DNA of 38,844 bases from Patescibacteria group bacterium. Its GTDB lineage: Bacteria > Patescibacteriota > Microgenomatia > UBA1400 > PJMF01. This document shows, piece by piece, positions 18,227-28,560 of this stretch. Where the stretch lies: the NCBI GenBank assembly GCA_018816485.1, contig JAHIVL010000061.1:1-38844 (forward strand), given 5' to 3'. The notes beneath the pieces were generated by a model. The model was not told the DNA's origin, made no database searches, and was given only the letters and a program-made list of their open reading frames with translations. A program made the position numbers and the translations under genes. How positions within the stretch are numbered: position 1 is the first letter of the stretch; each line of letters starts with the position of its first letter.

Positions 18227-19555
18227 TTAATCATCTAAAATTGGCTTTATTCCTGGCAACATTTTTCCGCTCAGTAAATCTAGCGCAGCTCCTCCTGCGG
18301 CAGAGACATAACTAAACTGTTTTTCCAGTCCAAAATGGTTGACTGCGCCAATTGTATCTCCACCACCGATAATTGTTTCAGCGCCCGACAATGCAACGGC
18401 TGCCGCGATTTTTCTAGTTCCTTTTGTGAAAATTGGATTTTCCCAAACTCCCATAGGACCATTCCAAAAGACTGTATTGGCCTGTTCAATTATTTTTTGA
18501 TAAAGCTTGATTGTTTTTGGACCGATATCTAAATAGAGTAGTTTTTTGTTTATTTTACCCGCACCATCAAGAGTGCTGTCATTTTCAACTGTCAAATCTA
18601 TTATAATAGTTTTTTCAGAGTTAGTCTCTTCAAGAGAGTGGGCAGCAACTACATCAATGGGATATAAGATTTTATCCATTGGAATATACCCATTCATCAA
18701 CATTTTTTCGGTTTTATGTTTTTCAATCAGTGAATAAGCAAAATCAACATAATTGATATTTTTCTTTTTCAAATCAACAGGGGCGTCTTCTATATATGAT
18801 TTATAAGTATTAAAACCATCTGCTTTTAGGAAACTATTTGCAACAGCTCCACCAACTAAAACGATATCTGCGATTTTTGCTAAGTGTTCTATAGCTCCAA
18901 CTTTGTCAGAAATTTTTGCACCACCCAAAACAATTACAAGTGGTCGTTTGGGTTCACTCATCATTTTTGCGAAAGTACTCACTTCTTTTTCAAGAGCAAA
19001 CCCCGCAAATGCGGGTAAATGCTTTGTAATACCAACTATAGAAGCGTGAGATCTGTGAGTTGTAGAAAAAGCTTCATTTATATAGATGTCCATATGTTGA
19101 GCCAGTGTCTTTGAAAATACTGCATCATTCTCTTCTTCTTCTTTGTGGAAACGTAAGTTTTCTAGTAGGAAGATTTTAGACTCAGATTCATTCAGAGCTT
19201 TTTCAATTTTTTCTCCAATACAAGCATTAATAAACTGAACTGGCAAGCTCAAGTTTTCTCTCATGTACTTGGCAACTGGTTCTAAGCTTAAGTGCAAATC
19301 GGAACTAGATTCTGGTCTTCCTAGGTGCGATGCTAAAACTACGGTGGCATCATGTTTTAGAAGAAAGTTAATAGTTTCGAGCGAGGCTTTTATTCTTTCG
19401 TCATTCACAACAACAACTTTTTTATTGCCAACAGCATCAACTTCTGTTTCTAGTGGAACATTATAGTCAACTCTTACAAACACTGTTTTATTTTTAATAT
19501 CCGAAATCTTAGGGAGTTTTAGTTTCATAAGTTTCAAATTATCATACATTTTCAT
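18227..19555 (-). CDS. pgk: phosphoglycerate kinase
   Basis: 442 aa. The N-terminal VRVDYNVPL motif and the C-terminal GGGDT / SAAGGAALDLL blocks are typical of PGK. Confidence 0.92.
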   Translation of the reverse strand: MKMYDNLKLMKLKLPKISDIKNKTVFVRVDYNVPLETEVDAVGNKKVVVVNDERIKASLETINFLLKHDATVVLASHLGRPESSSDLHLSLEPVAKYMRENLSLPVQFINACIGEKIEKALNESESKIFLLENLRFHKEEEENDAVFSKTLAQHMDIYINEAFSTTHRSHASIVGITKHLPAFAGFALEKEVSTFAKMMSEPKRPLVIVLGGAKISDKVGAIEHLAKIADIVLVGGAVANSFLKADGFNTYKSYIEDAPVDLKKKNINYVDFAYSLIEKHKTEKMLMNGYIPMDKILYPIDVVAAHSLEETNSEKTIIIDLTVENDSTLDGAGKINKKLLYLDIGPKTIKLYQKIIEQANTVFWNGPMGVWENPIFTKGTRKIAAAVALSGAETIIGGGDTIGAVNHFGLEKQFSYVSAAGGAALDLLSGKMLPGIKPILDD

Positions 19556-19586
19556 ACTTTAGAATAGTTATTATTGTTTTGTCATC

Positions 19587-19615
19587 TTAGCCAGCAAATA
19601 TTACTCAAGTATGAT
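19587..19615 (+). promoter_or_regulatory. candidate sigma70-type promoter for rpsA (TTAGCC-17-TATGAT)
   Basis: Hexamers read directly from the sequence with a 17-nt spacer. It lies in the divergent pgk/rpsA intergenic region. Confidence 0.3.
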
Positions 19616-19653
19616 ATACTCCTCACACCTTAAGAAAGGGGAATTTATTTTTT

Positions 19654-20769
19654 ATGTCATCCAAGAATGATAAAACTAACAAAAAGCCACGAACCATGGC
19701 TGAGCTTCTGGTAAACACCGAGCACAAAATGGTTATTCCAAAGAAAGGATCTGTCGTTTCGGGCATAATCACATCTATAAATAAGAGATCGTTGGTCTTA
19801 GACATTGGTGCTAAAACAGAAGGCGTTGTAGTAGATAAAGAATTTGAGAATGCAAGAGAATATGTCACAGAATTAAAAGTGGGCCAACTATTAGAAGCAA
19901 CTGTTTTTTCAGTTGAAAATGATCGTGGTCAAGTTTTATTGTCACTCAAAAAAGCAGCTAACGATAATAGATGGGAATTTTTCACAGAAGCATTCAAAAA
20001 AGAAGAAATACTTGATGCCAAAGGTTTAGAGGTTAATAAAGGTGGTTTAATTGTTCTTGTTAACGGAACCAGAGGTTTTGTTCCTTCAAGTCAATTTGGT
20101 AAAGATTTGGTAGGCAATTTTTCAAGATTAAAAGGTGAAGATATCAAAGTTCGTGTTATTGAAGTTGATAGAGAAAAGAATCGTTTGATTTTTTCTGAAA
20201 GACACGTTTCTGAAGCAAAAGAAATTTCTCAAAAAACTGCAGCACTTGAGTCAGTTGGAGTCGGAAAGATTTATGAAGGTGTTGTGTCTGGAGTTATGCA
20301 TTTTGGCTTGTTTATTACAGTCGAAGTTCCTGTTGAAGGAAGTAAGAATATTGGACAGGTTGAAGGCTTGGTTCATATTTCAGAAATTTCTTGGGAAAAA
20401 GTCACTCATCCAAAAGATTTTAACGTTGTAGGAGACAGAATTAAGGTTAGAGTTCTAGGAATTGATGAAAAAACTGGTAAACTTAATCTTTCAATTAAAC
20501 AACTTTCAGATGATCCATGGCAATCTATTGCAGACAATTATCAAGTTGGTACTACTGTAGATGGCACAGTTTCAAGAATTGAAGCATTTGGTGCGTTTAT
20601 TAATGTTGAACCAGGGATTGATGGTCTAATTCACTCTAGCAAGCTCGATTCACAAGTTGAGCTCAAAAAAGGTGACAAGATTACTGTTAATGTAGAGAGT
20701 GTTGATCCTGATCATAGAAGAATGAGTTTGAGTTTGGTCTTGACTGAAGTACCGGTGGGCTACAAATAG
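19654..20769 (+). CDS. rpsA: 30S ribosomal protein S1 (four S1 domains)
   Basis: 371 aa with repeated S1 OB-fold signatures (G.V....GA.V...G..G.VH.SE...). Confidence 0.85.
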   Translation: MSSKNDKTNKKPRTMAELLVNTEHKMVIPKKGSVVSGIITSINKRSLVLDIGAKTEGVVVDKEFENAREYVTELKVGQLLEATVFSVENDRGQVLLSLKKAANDNRWEFFTEAFKKEEILDAKGLEVNKGGLIVLVNGTRGFVPSSQFGKDLVGNFSRLKGEDIKVRVIEVDREKNRLIFSERHVSEAKEISQKTAALESVGVGKIYEGVVSGVMHFGLFITVEVPVEGSKNIGQVEGLVHISEISWEKVTHPKDFNVVGDRIKVRVLGIDEKTGKLNLSIKQLSDDPWQSIADNYQVGTTVDGTVSRIEAFGAFINVEPGIDGLIHSSKLDSQVELKKGDKITVNVESVDPDHRRMSLSLVLTEVPVGYK

Positions 20770-20800
20770 ACATTTATTTATATAGTATACTTATCTTAGG

Positions 20801-20887
20801 TGAGTTATTAATTAATTTATCCTAATGGAGCGTAGATTTACAATTTATTAAAATCTGCGCAATCGAGATAAATTAATTAATAGCTTG
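20801..20887 (+). other. long two-tier hairpin downstream of rpsA
   Basis: The outer stem pairs 20801-20821 with 20867-20887; it has a 16-bp perfect core (tattaattaatttatc/gataaattaattaata) extended by G-U pairs. The inner stem is gcgtagattt/aaatctgcgc (20830-20839/20851-20860). No U-tract follows. Confidence 0.5.
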
Positions 20888-20917
20888 CCTAAGAGTAAAC
20901 TATTTAAAAAAGGAATT

Positions 20918-21076
20918 ATGGCAAAACAAAGAATGATTGTTACAGACGACCAGTTATTAATTGACATGGACTTATTGTTCAATTCAATTAGAGATGCTGG
21001 AGGCGATTGGGAAAAAGTTGAACAAGATATGAAAAGCTATCTATCGGCCATCCAATCGATGGTGGGTGAAGAGTAG
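20918..21076 (+). CDS. hypothetical small acidic protein
   Basis: The ATG at 20918 is preceded by aaaggaa at good Shine-Dalgarno spacing (the ORF track begins at a TTG at 20885). 52 aa with no recognisable motif. Confidence 0.45.
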   Translation: MAKQRMIVTDDQLLIDMDLLFNSIRDAGGDWEKVEQDMKSYLSAIQSMVGEE

Positions 21077-21159
21077 TTATTTTGTGGTACAATACCCCTA
21101 GATTTACCGAAAGTTGACTTGTTGCCCAAGTTCGATCGCAAGTCCTAATAAAAGTAAGG

Positions 21160-21819
21160 ATGTTACATATGATTGATAAGACAGAAGTAATCGAAGAAAA
21201 AGTTTTGGCATATGTAATCACGTGTGGCGATGAAGGAGTTCAAATAAATGAGGGAATCAGACTTGGTTTCGTTGGTGCAGGGGTTAAACTTGAAGGTTTT
21301 GATAAGGCTGTTGCTGCCTTGAAATCTCTTTTTGTTGGTGAAAATTTACGTATAGCTGCTTCCGAAGAATGTGATTGGATAAAAGAACAGCTTGATCTTT
21401 CAAACTGGGAACAAACAACTGCAAGTTCTCAACAGCGCGTAGAGGCTTTGGCAGATAAAGAGGGCTTGCTGTATTGTGGCTTTTTACCATTCAAAGATCC
21501 GAGAAAATTAAAACATGATATTAAAGGTCACATGGTTAGACCACACAATATTCACGTTGCAAACAAAATTTGTTTTACGTTAGCTGGTGGGGAACAAACA
21601 TATAACTTAGGTTGCTATTTAATTAGTGCTGAGTGGGTTCACAAAGTTCCTGCCAAGGTTGCTAAAAAACTTATCCATACACAAATTGCGTTTTACAAAA
21701 AAGTTTCAGAAAATGACAACCTCGAGTTTGTCTTTGACAAAGAAGGCATATTGGGAGAAAAAGTTGCTGAAAAGAACGTTAAGGCTTTAAAGAAAATTGG
21801 GGTGGTGGCTAAAGAATAA
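21160..21819 (+). CDS. hypothetical protein
   Basis: 219-aa ORF. The ATG at 21169 has better spacing to the taagga Shine-Dalgarno sequence. No recognisable motif. Confidence 0.6.
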   Translation: MLHMIDKTEVIEEKVLAYVITCGDEGVQINEGIRLGFVGAGVKLEGFDKAVAALKSLFVGENLRIAASEECDWIKEQLDLSNWEQTTASSQQRVEALADKEGLLYCGFLPFKDPRKLKHDIKGHMVRPHNIHVANKICFTLAGGEQTYNLGCYLISAEWVHKVPAKVAKKLIHTQIAFYKKVSENDNLEFVFDKEGILGEKVAEKNVKALKKIGVVAKE

Positions 21820-21841
21820 TTTTTTAAAAAGTGAGAGTGAC

Positions 21842-22660
21842 ATGACAGAAGAAAATGGCAAATTTTTTTTACAAAAGTTGGCAGACAATATTGAGGCAGG
21901 ACAAGATATTCCAGGTGAAGTGATCAATCATGTTCAAGAGAATTTGGCAATTCCTACCAATCAATCATCTATTTGTGTTGATGGTGGATATACCGAAGAA
22001 CAAGCTGAGGGCGAGTTGGCACGTCCAGGTGCAGATTTGGGAATTTCAATTTCTTTAATCAAGTTAGGCTTCACGCCTCTGGAGGCATTTTTAGCAGTCT
22101 ACAATCATCGTGTAAAAAATGGTCAACAATATGGTTGGCATACTGATATCCACGCTGATCCAGTAGATGGCTCGCATGTTCATTCAAGAATTTTTAGTGG
22201 TTGTGGACATTGTAATATAGCGTATATGAGATCAGAGGAATATGGAGTCGATAGCGAAAAAGTGCGAGAACTTCTCAATGTGATAAGAACATATCAAGTT
22301 TCAAATCCAGAATCTATGAGATTTGTTAATTTAGATAGAGAACATAAGGAAAAAGGAATATTAGTTGTGAACACTGATGAAGTTACAATTTATCCATGGG
22401 ATAAAGAAAAGGATAGTCAATTTTTTGTTTATGATTCTGTGCGAGATGCAAAACTTCTTGGAGATATTGTTGAAAGCATAAATAAAGAAGCAAACGGCAA
22501 AAATATTACTTTTGAACAATTAAAAGAGGTTGTGGATCAACATACTAGTGCAACATTGGGATTGCTTGGGTCAAGCAAAGGCAAGCCAATGTATAGTATT
22601 ACAATTGAAGGTGGCAAACTTTTAGTTGAGCTTGCGGGTAACGCACCAAGCATTGATTAA
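21842..22660 (+). CDS. hypothetical protein with Cys/His-rich putative metal site
   Basis: The ATG at 21842 lies after the upstream stop (the ORF track starts at 21797). Motifs ICVDGGY, WHTDIHAD and SGCGHCN are present. No family was recognised. Confidence 0.6.
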   Translation: MTEENGKFFLQKLADNIEAGQDIPGEVINHVQENLAIPTNQSSICVDGGYTEEQAEGELARPGADLGISISLIKLGFTPLEAFLAVYNHRVKNGQQYGWHTDIHADPVDGSHVHSRIFSGCGHCNIAYMRSEEYGVDSEKVRELLNVIRTYQVSNPESMRFVNLDREHKEKGILVVNTDEVTIYPWDKEKDSQFFVYDSVRDAKLLGDIVESINKEANGKNITFEQLKEVVDQHTSATLGLLGSSKGKPMYSITIEGGKLLVELAGNAPSID

Positions 22661-22689
22661 TCAAAGGGAAAATTCGGGTTTTTTTACTG

Positions 22690-22718
22690 TTGCACATCTC
22701 GAACTCTTATCATATAAT
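22690..22718 (+). promoter_or_regulatory. candidate sigma70-type promoter of the tRNA-Ala/23S/5S operon (TTGCAC-17-TATAAT)
   Basis: Near-consensus hexamers with a 17-nt spacer, about 125 nt upstream of tRNA-Ala. Confidence 0.5.
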
Positions 22719-22842
22719 ATCATTCTGATTGTTCGGGAAACACTCATCTAGATATTCTACTTTTAATCCATTAAGATTAGAATCCCTCAAGAAAAATTCA
22801 AAAATAAATTAAGATTGATAGATTTTTAGTGTGATCATTTTT

Positions 22843-22916
22843 GGGCCCTTAGCTCAGCTGGTCAGAGTGCTTCATTTGCAATGAAGAGGTCAAGGGTTCG
22901 ACTCCCTTAGGGTCCA
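22843..22916 (+). tRNA. tRNA-Ala, anticodon UGC
   Basis: Hand-folded 74-nt cloverleaf. The acceptor GGGCCCT/AGGGTCC contains the G3:U70 alanine identity pair. The anticodon arm is CTTCA-TTTGCAA-TGAAG and the T arm is AAGGG-TTCGACT-CCCTT. Confidence 0.9.
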
Positions 22917-25590
22917 CATCTAAGAGGTCGATCTAATATTTAATTCTGAATTTTAAAACCGAATATTCGCGTTCTTTAAATAAAAAAAATAAATGTTTTA
23001 AAAGCGAACGCTTTCGAGCTTGTCTCGATGAGAGCTTTTAAAACAATTATTTTTGATTAGAAAATCAGAATAAAATTGGTTATTAAATATTAGTTCTTTG
23101 GTTTTACCTCACCAGGTCTTACTGAGAACTAACATTTAGCAACTAATTATTGCTGAAAAATGGATTTGTTGACTAAGTTAACATTTTCGACAAGGTAGTT
23201 AATACGGCAGGACTCTCAAGTTGTAAAAACCGTATATAAACCTAAATCCTTGAGATCTGGAATGAAAACAACAAAATTGTTTGTGATTGCCGACATGGCG
23301 ACTAATAACAAGTTTTCAGAAAAGAGTTGATCTTTAACAAGTGAAGAAAACTGTCATGTATAGGTCAAAATGATGATTTAATCATCAGTGGCCATGCATC
23401 TTTTTAAAATTTCAATAAAAAATTGTACTAAACTGTGCGGCAACGCACTAAATTGTACAAACATTTCGTCTTGAAATTACAAAAAAAAACAAATGCTACA
23501 AGTCGAGACTACGCAAGTAGTTTCGCATGCTAAAGTCTATTTACACAAGTGCAAACTCGTGTTTATAGCAAGCTTATAGAAATATAATAGCGATATATAA
23601 ATGAAAATTTATGTGAATTAATGCAGATAGTGGATGCCTAGGCTTATCTGGCCGATGAAGGACGCTAACCCCGCGAAAGTGGTTGGGTAACTGGGAAAAA
23701 GTTATGATCCAGCCGTGTCCGAATTGAGAAATCACGCTACGTGAGAGCGTAGTGGCCCTAATTTTTTAAATTAGGTGGGTAACCTCCCGAACTGAAATAT
23801 CTAAGTAGGGAGAGGAAAAGAAAACGTAAGAGATTCCCCGAGTAAGCGACGAGCGAAAAGGGACTAGTCCAAACCCGGAATTTATTCCGGGGGTTGTAGG
23901 ACCTCAACATTTGACTTTAAAAGATAGAAGAACACTTTGGAATAAGTGATCAAAGAGGGTGATAATCCCGTAAGCAAAATCTAATAAAGCGATAGAGGAT
24001 TCCTGAGTAGGTTGGGAGACGGCAAACTCCCTTCTGAATCTGGGGTGACCACACTCCAAGACTAAATACCAGATAAGACCGATAGTGAACGAGTACCGTG
24101 AGGGAAAGGTGAAAAGAAGGGTTGAAGACCCCGTGAAATAGAACCTGAAACCATCTGCTAACAATCAGACAAAGCACATTTATTGTGTGATGTCGTGCCT
24201 ATTGAAGAATGAGCCGGCGAGTATTTGACAACTGCTTCAGGTTAAGACATTTCGTGTCGAAGCCGTAGTGAAAGCGAGCGTGAATAGCGCGAATCTGTAG
24301 TTGTTGAATGACCCGAAACCGGGTGAGCTTACCATGACCAGGATGAAGCCCTGATAATATCGGGGTGGAGGTCCGCACCGGTGTATGCTGCAAGATGCTC
24401 GGATGAGTTGTGGTAAGAGGTAATATGCCAATCGAACCCGGAGATAGCTGGTTCTCCCTGAAATATATTTAAGTATAGGGTTACGTGAAGTTGCGGGGGG
24501 GTAGAGCACTGATCTGGTGTCTTGGGCGAAAGCCTAAGCGCTTAGTCAAACTCCGAATACCCCGTAATGTTTCGTAGCACTCAGCACCTGGGAGCTAAGT
24601 TCCAGGAGCAAAAGGAAAACAAACCAGACCTACAGCTAAGGTCTCAAATTACATATTTAGTGGCGAAAGAAGTGTTATTCCTAACACACCTAGGAGGTCG
24701 GCTCAGAAGCAGCCATCCTTTAAAGAAAGCGTAACAGCTCACTAGCCGAGGAATAATGCGCTGAAAATCCAACGAGGCTCAAATATGTAACCGAAGCTTA
24801 GGGTTCTAGTGTCAGATTTATTTGATATTGGAGCGGTAAGGGAGCGTTCTGTGTGCTTTGAAGCCAGCCCGTGAGGAGCTGGTGGAGCGATCAGAAGTGA
24901 GAATGCCGGCATGAGTAGCGAAATTGGGGTGAGAATCCCCGACTCCGAATGACCAAGGTTTCCGCACCCACGTTCGTCGTGTGCGGGTTAGGCGACCCTA
25001 AGGTGAGCCCTCGTTAATGAGGGGTAGCCGATGGATTACTGGTTAATATTCCAGTCCTTGGTTAGGATCATTTGACTTGGGGAGGGACGGTGATGGATAA
25101 CATGTGAGCAGCGGTGAATGTTGCTTCAAAGCACTAAAGCAGTCTGGATAGGAAAATCCGTTCAGGCGTTTATCTGAGGTGTGATAGGGCTCTGATTCCT
25201 TTTGGAAGACGAGTTACATGCGATTTCATTATCCTGGAAAAGCTTCGCAAGGAGATTCTAATCAAATCGTACCGATAACCGACACAGGTAGTCAGGTCGA
25301 GTAGACTAAGGAGAGCGAGAGAAAATAGTTTAAGGAACTCGGCAAAACAGCTGGGCGTAATTTCGAGAGATGCCCTCCTCTTTATAGCAATGTAAAGAGG
25401 CGCAGTGAATGTCATGAGGTTGACTGTTTACCAAAAACACAGGTCTGTGCAAACTCGTAAGAGGAAGTATACGGGCTGAAGCCTGCCCAGTGCCGGAAGG
25501 TTAATTGAGGGGGTTTTGTCTAATTTATTAGATAAGGCCTCTGATCGAAGCCCCGGTGAACGGCAGCAGTAACTATAACTGTTCTATGGT

Positions 25591-26301
25591 AGGAAAGCTG
25601 CCTTAGTAAAACTCAACTATATGCTGGAAACCCTGAGAATCTTGATCTACTCATTAAAATATGGTATATATTTACCATAAATGAGTGAAAATGATCCAAG
25701 TGCAGACAATCAGCAGGGAAGACTTGAATTCGCTAGTTGGATAATTGGTTTTGTTGATGGAGAAGGATGTTTTTCAGTCAGTATTTTTCGTAATAGAACG
25801 AGCAAATTTGGTTGGCAGGTAATGCCAGAATTTGTGATAACTCAATCTGAAAGAGACCTAGATGTTCTTAAAGACATCAAAGCTTTTTTCGGTTGTGGAA
25901 ATATCTTCGTAAATCGAAGATATGATAATCACAAACGTAATTTATATCGCTTCTGTGTACGCAAACGTTCTGATTTGACAAACGTAATCATTCCATTTTT
26001 CAATCAATATCCATTACTGACCAAGAAACATTTAGATTTTATTACTTTCAAAAAAGTAGTAAATATGATGAATAAAAAGCAACATTTTCAAACAAAAGGT
26101 TTGAATAAAATTGCTAAATTGGTTGGTAAAAATCTAGAACGAAATCAAGAACCCTCAGAGACTATACGTTGAGCTCAATTATTTAATTGAGAAGATATAG
26201 TCCGATCTCATAGGCGACTATGAGGATCTTTAAATACAAGCGTCGAAGATCATAAAAACAAAGCGTACAATTACTAAATATTTATTTAGTATTTGTTTAT
26301 G
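25591..26301 (+). mobile_element. group I intron 1 in 23S (about E. coli position 1931) carrying a LAGLIDADG ORF
   Basis: The exon junction restores ..CTATGGT|AGCGAAGTTCCTTGTC. The intron follows a U and ends in G. A P7-like gatatagtcc core lies downstream of the ORF. Confidence 0.8.
25681..26172 (+). CDS. LAGLIDADG homing endonuclease (single-motif type)
   Basis: 163 aa. The motif WIIGFVDGEGCFSV is a LAGLIDADG motif. The ORF lies entirely inside intron 1. Confidence 0.88.
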   Translation: MSENDPSADNQQGRLEFASWIIGFVDGEGCFSVSIFRNRTSKFGWQVMPEFVITQSERDLDVLKDIKAFFGCGNIFVNRRYDNHKRNLYRFCVRKRSDLTNVIIPFFNQYPLLTKKHLDFITFKKVVNMMNKKQHFQTKGLNKIAKLVGKNLERNQEPSETIR

Positions 26302-26864
26302 AGCGAAGTTCCTTGTCACTTAATTGGTGACCCGCACGAAAGGTTTAACAAGCCTCATACTGTCTTGAACTATTACTCGGCGAAATTGAAATGGCTGTGA
26401 AGATGCGGCCTACTGACAACAGGACAAAAAGACCCCGTAGAGCTTTACTACAACTTGGCACTGACGGTGAATATAGGATTGTTTAGAATAGGCGGGAGGA
26501 AACTTCATTTATGACGTTTCCGACCAGTGAAATACCGCCCGTTTTGTATTTATCATCTAACTTAATCATGCTGCAAACGCATGAAAGAACACTGTCTGGT
26601 GGGTAGTTTAACTGGGGAGGTTGCTTGCTAAAGAGTAACGCAAGCGCGCAATGGTATTCTTCGCCTGGATAGAAATCAGGCTGGACGTGCAATAGCATAA
26701 GAATGCTTTACTGTGAGACATACAAGTCGAGCAGTTGCGAAAGCAGGTTATAGTGATCCTCGTGTGTTTTGTGGAAGACACCGGGCTTATCGGATAAAAG
26801 TTACCTCGGGGATAACAGAGTCATCGCGCCTAAGCGTCCCTAGCGTCGGCGCGGTTTGCTACCT

Positions 26865-27256
26865 TTATTAACATTGGGGTCCCTTAACAGTAATGTTAAG
26901 GTGCTGTTCTTGAGTAGAAAGACAACTCAATTTCTACTATCAAGATAAAAATGGGCTCATAACGGTGAACCCTTCGTTTTATCGGATAGATAAAACATGG
27001 TAATACCGTGGGAAGTCCAACAAAAGATCAAAATTCTATACCTCAAAGGGTATAATTAAGAGCATTTGCTTTTAATTTAGTAGTGGATAACATTACAAGC
27101 TTTTGTTGTGACCCCGTATCGACTTGAGAGTTGGGGCAATTATGCAAACTCTCAGATGGAATGAATAATCATTTCATAACACGCCCACGTCCTTTATGTA
27201 GAAACAAAGGATGGTGGTATAGTCAGACTCTTGGCGAAAGCCTTGAGATAAATTCG
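26865..27256 (+). mobile_element. group I intron 2 in 23S (about E. coli position 2500), ORF-less
   Basis: The junction restores TTTGCTACCT|CGATGTCGGCTCATC. The intron follows a U and ends in G. A ggtggtatagtc core is present. Confidence 0.75.
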
Positions 27257-27303
<47 letters not shown>

Positions 27304-27349
27304 AGTCTGTTCGCCTATTAAAGCGGTACGCGAGCTGGGTTCAGACCGT

Positions 27350-27741
27350 CAACTAACGGCGGCTTTTTCGAGTAATCGAAATCGAATAAATCGACTCATA
27401 TCGGTGAAACCCTAACAAACACTCAACCTGTCGTGTGTTAGGATAATACCGAGGGAAGTTGTATTCCTGTACATATTATGAAAAAAAATCTTTTTTAAAT
27501 TGAATTATTCAAAAAAAAGAAAAATATGTACTAAGGTGGTTCGTAATCACCTGATAGAAAAAGGAGTATTAACCCCGTAGAGACTTGTTTGTGTAACGAG
27601 CAAACAGAATTGTTTTTAATAAAAATAATTAACACGTCGATCCCCTACACTTTGCAATAAAAACAAAGAATGATGTAGGGTGGTGGTATAGTCCATCCTC
27701 TTAGTAATAAGAGATTTTATATACTTTTATGTATATATATG
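27350..27741 (+). mobile_element. group I intron 3 in 23S (about E. coli position 2593, the I-CreI-type site), ORF-less
   Basis: The junction restores GGGTTCAGACCGT|CGTGAGACAGGTCGG. The intron follows a U and ends in G. A ggtggtatagtcc core is present. Confidence 0.75.
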
Positions 27742-27884
27742 CGTGAGACAGGTCGGCCTCTATCCGCTGTCAGCGTTAGATAGTTGAGAGAATTTGCCCA
27801 TAGTACGAGAGGACCTGGGTGAGGGAATCCCTAGTGTTCCAGTTGTTGCTGTCAAGCGCACTGCTGGGTAGCTACATTCCTTAT

Positions 27885-27917
<33 letters not shown>

Positions 27918-28258
27918 AATCTCAAGATTAACTATCTCCATTAGACCCGTGGGAGAACACCACGTTGATAGGTAGTCGGTGTAAGCCTGGTGACAGGCTA
28001 AGCCTAACTATACTAAGTGTTGATCGAACATAATTTTCAAATTTTAATTTTTGAACGTTAGCGAGTTGTGCAATTTATTGTGCGCCCGCCAAACAAATTT
28101 TCAAACTTTAAAAGCATGGACACTGTGTTACATCAACTAAATTTTAATCTAATTAACGTTTTTCATATCTTTTTGACCCATGGCAGATTTTCTTCACTTG
28201 TTAGAGTCCAACTCTAATTAACAATTTAATATTACTTAACCGCGTAAAGAACGTTTAA

Positions 28259-28376
28259 TTCTGGTCTCTAGAGCGAGGTGGAACCAACTCTTCCCTTCCC
28301 GAACAGAGTCTTGAAACTCCTCAGCGCTGACAATAGTGCATGGGCAACTGTGTGTGAAGATAGGTCGAGGCCAGAA
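28259..28376 (+). rRNA. rrf: 5S ribosomal RNA
   Basis: 118 nt. Helix I pairs ttctggtctc with gaggccagaa. The internal CCCGAACAGAGTCTTGAAAC..CAGCGCTGACAATAGTG matches the bacterial 5S consensus (CCGAAC.CAGAAGTGAAAC..GCGCCGATGGTAGTG). A T7 run follows. Confidence 0.88.
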
Positions 28377-28391
28377 TTAAGCGTTTTTTTG
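28310..28391 (+). repeat. 82-bp direct repeat, copy 1 (3' 67 nt of 5S rRNA plus a 15-nt T-rich trailer)
   Basis: Matches 36141-36222 with two substitutions by hand alignment. Confidence 0.9.
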
Positions 28392-28440
28392 TGGGCAAAA
28401 TTAGTTTTCTATTAACCCTGAATTGAAGCCAATTAAAGTT

Positions 28441-28469
28441 TTCGAATTTCTTTATCCTGGTGCTATAAT
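28441..28469 (+). promoter_or_regulatory. candidate promoter with extended -10 (TTCGAA-17-[TGC]TATAAT) for the 28561-31804 operon
   Basis: TGCTATAAT lies at 28461-28469, and a weak -35 hexamer lies 17 nt upstream of the -10 hexamer. Confidence 0.4.
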
Positions 28470-28560
28470 AAACATGTATCCTTAAGATGTAATTATATCC
28501 GTGAGGGCATATCCGAGAGAACCTGTGGTTCATGAAGGTACAAGTAAATAGTAAAATAAT

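Noticed and set aside
23904-24509. Several 64-90-aa minus-strand ORFs (23904-24164, 23950-24177, 24199-24393, 24237-24509).
   Set aside because: They lie antisense inside the 23S rRNA gene. These are chance ORFs in structured, GC-richer RNA sequence.
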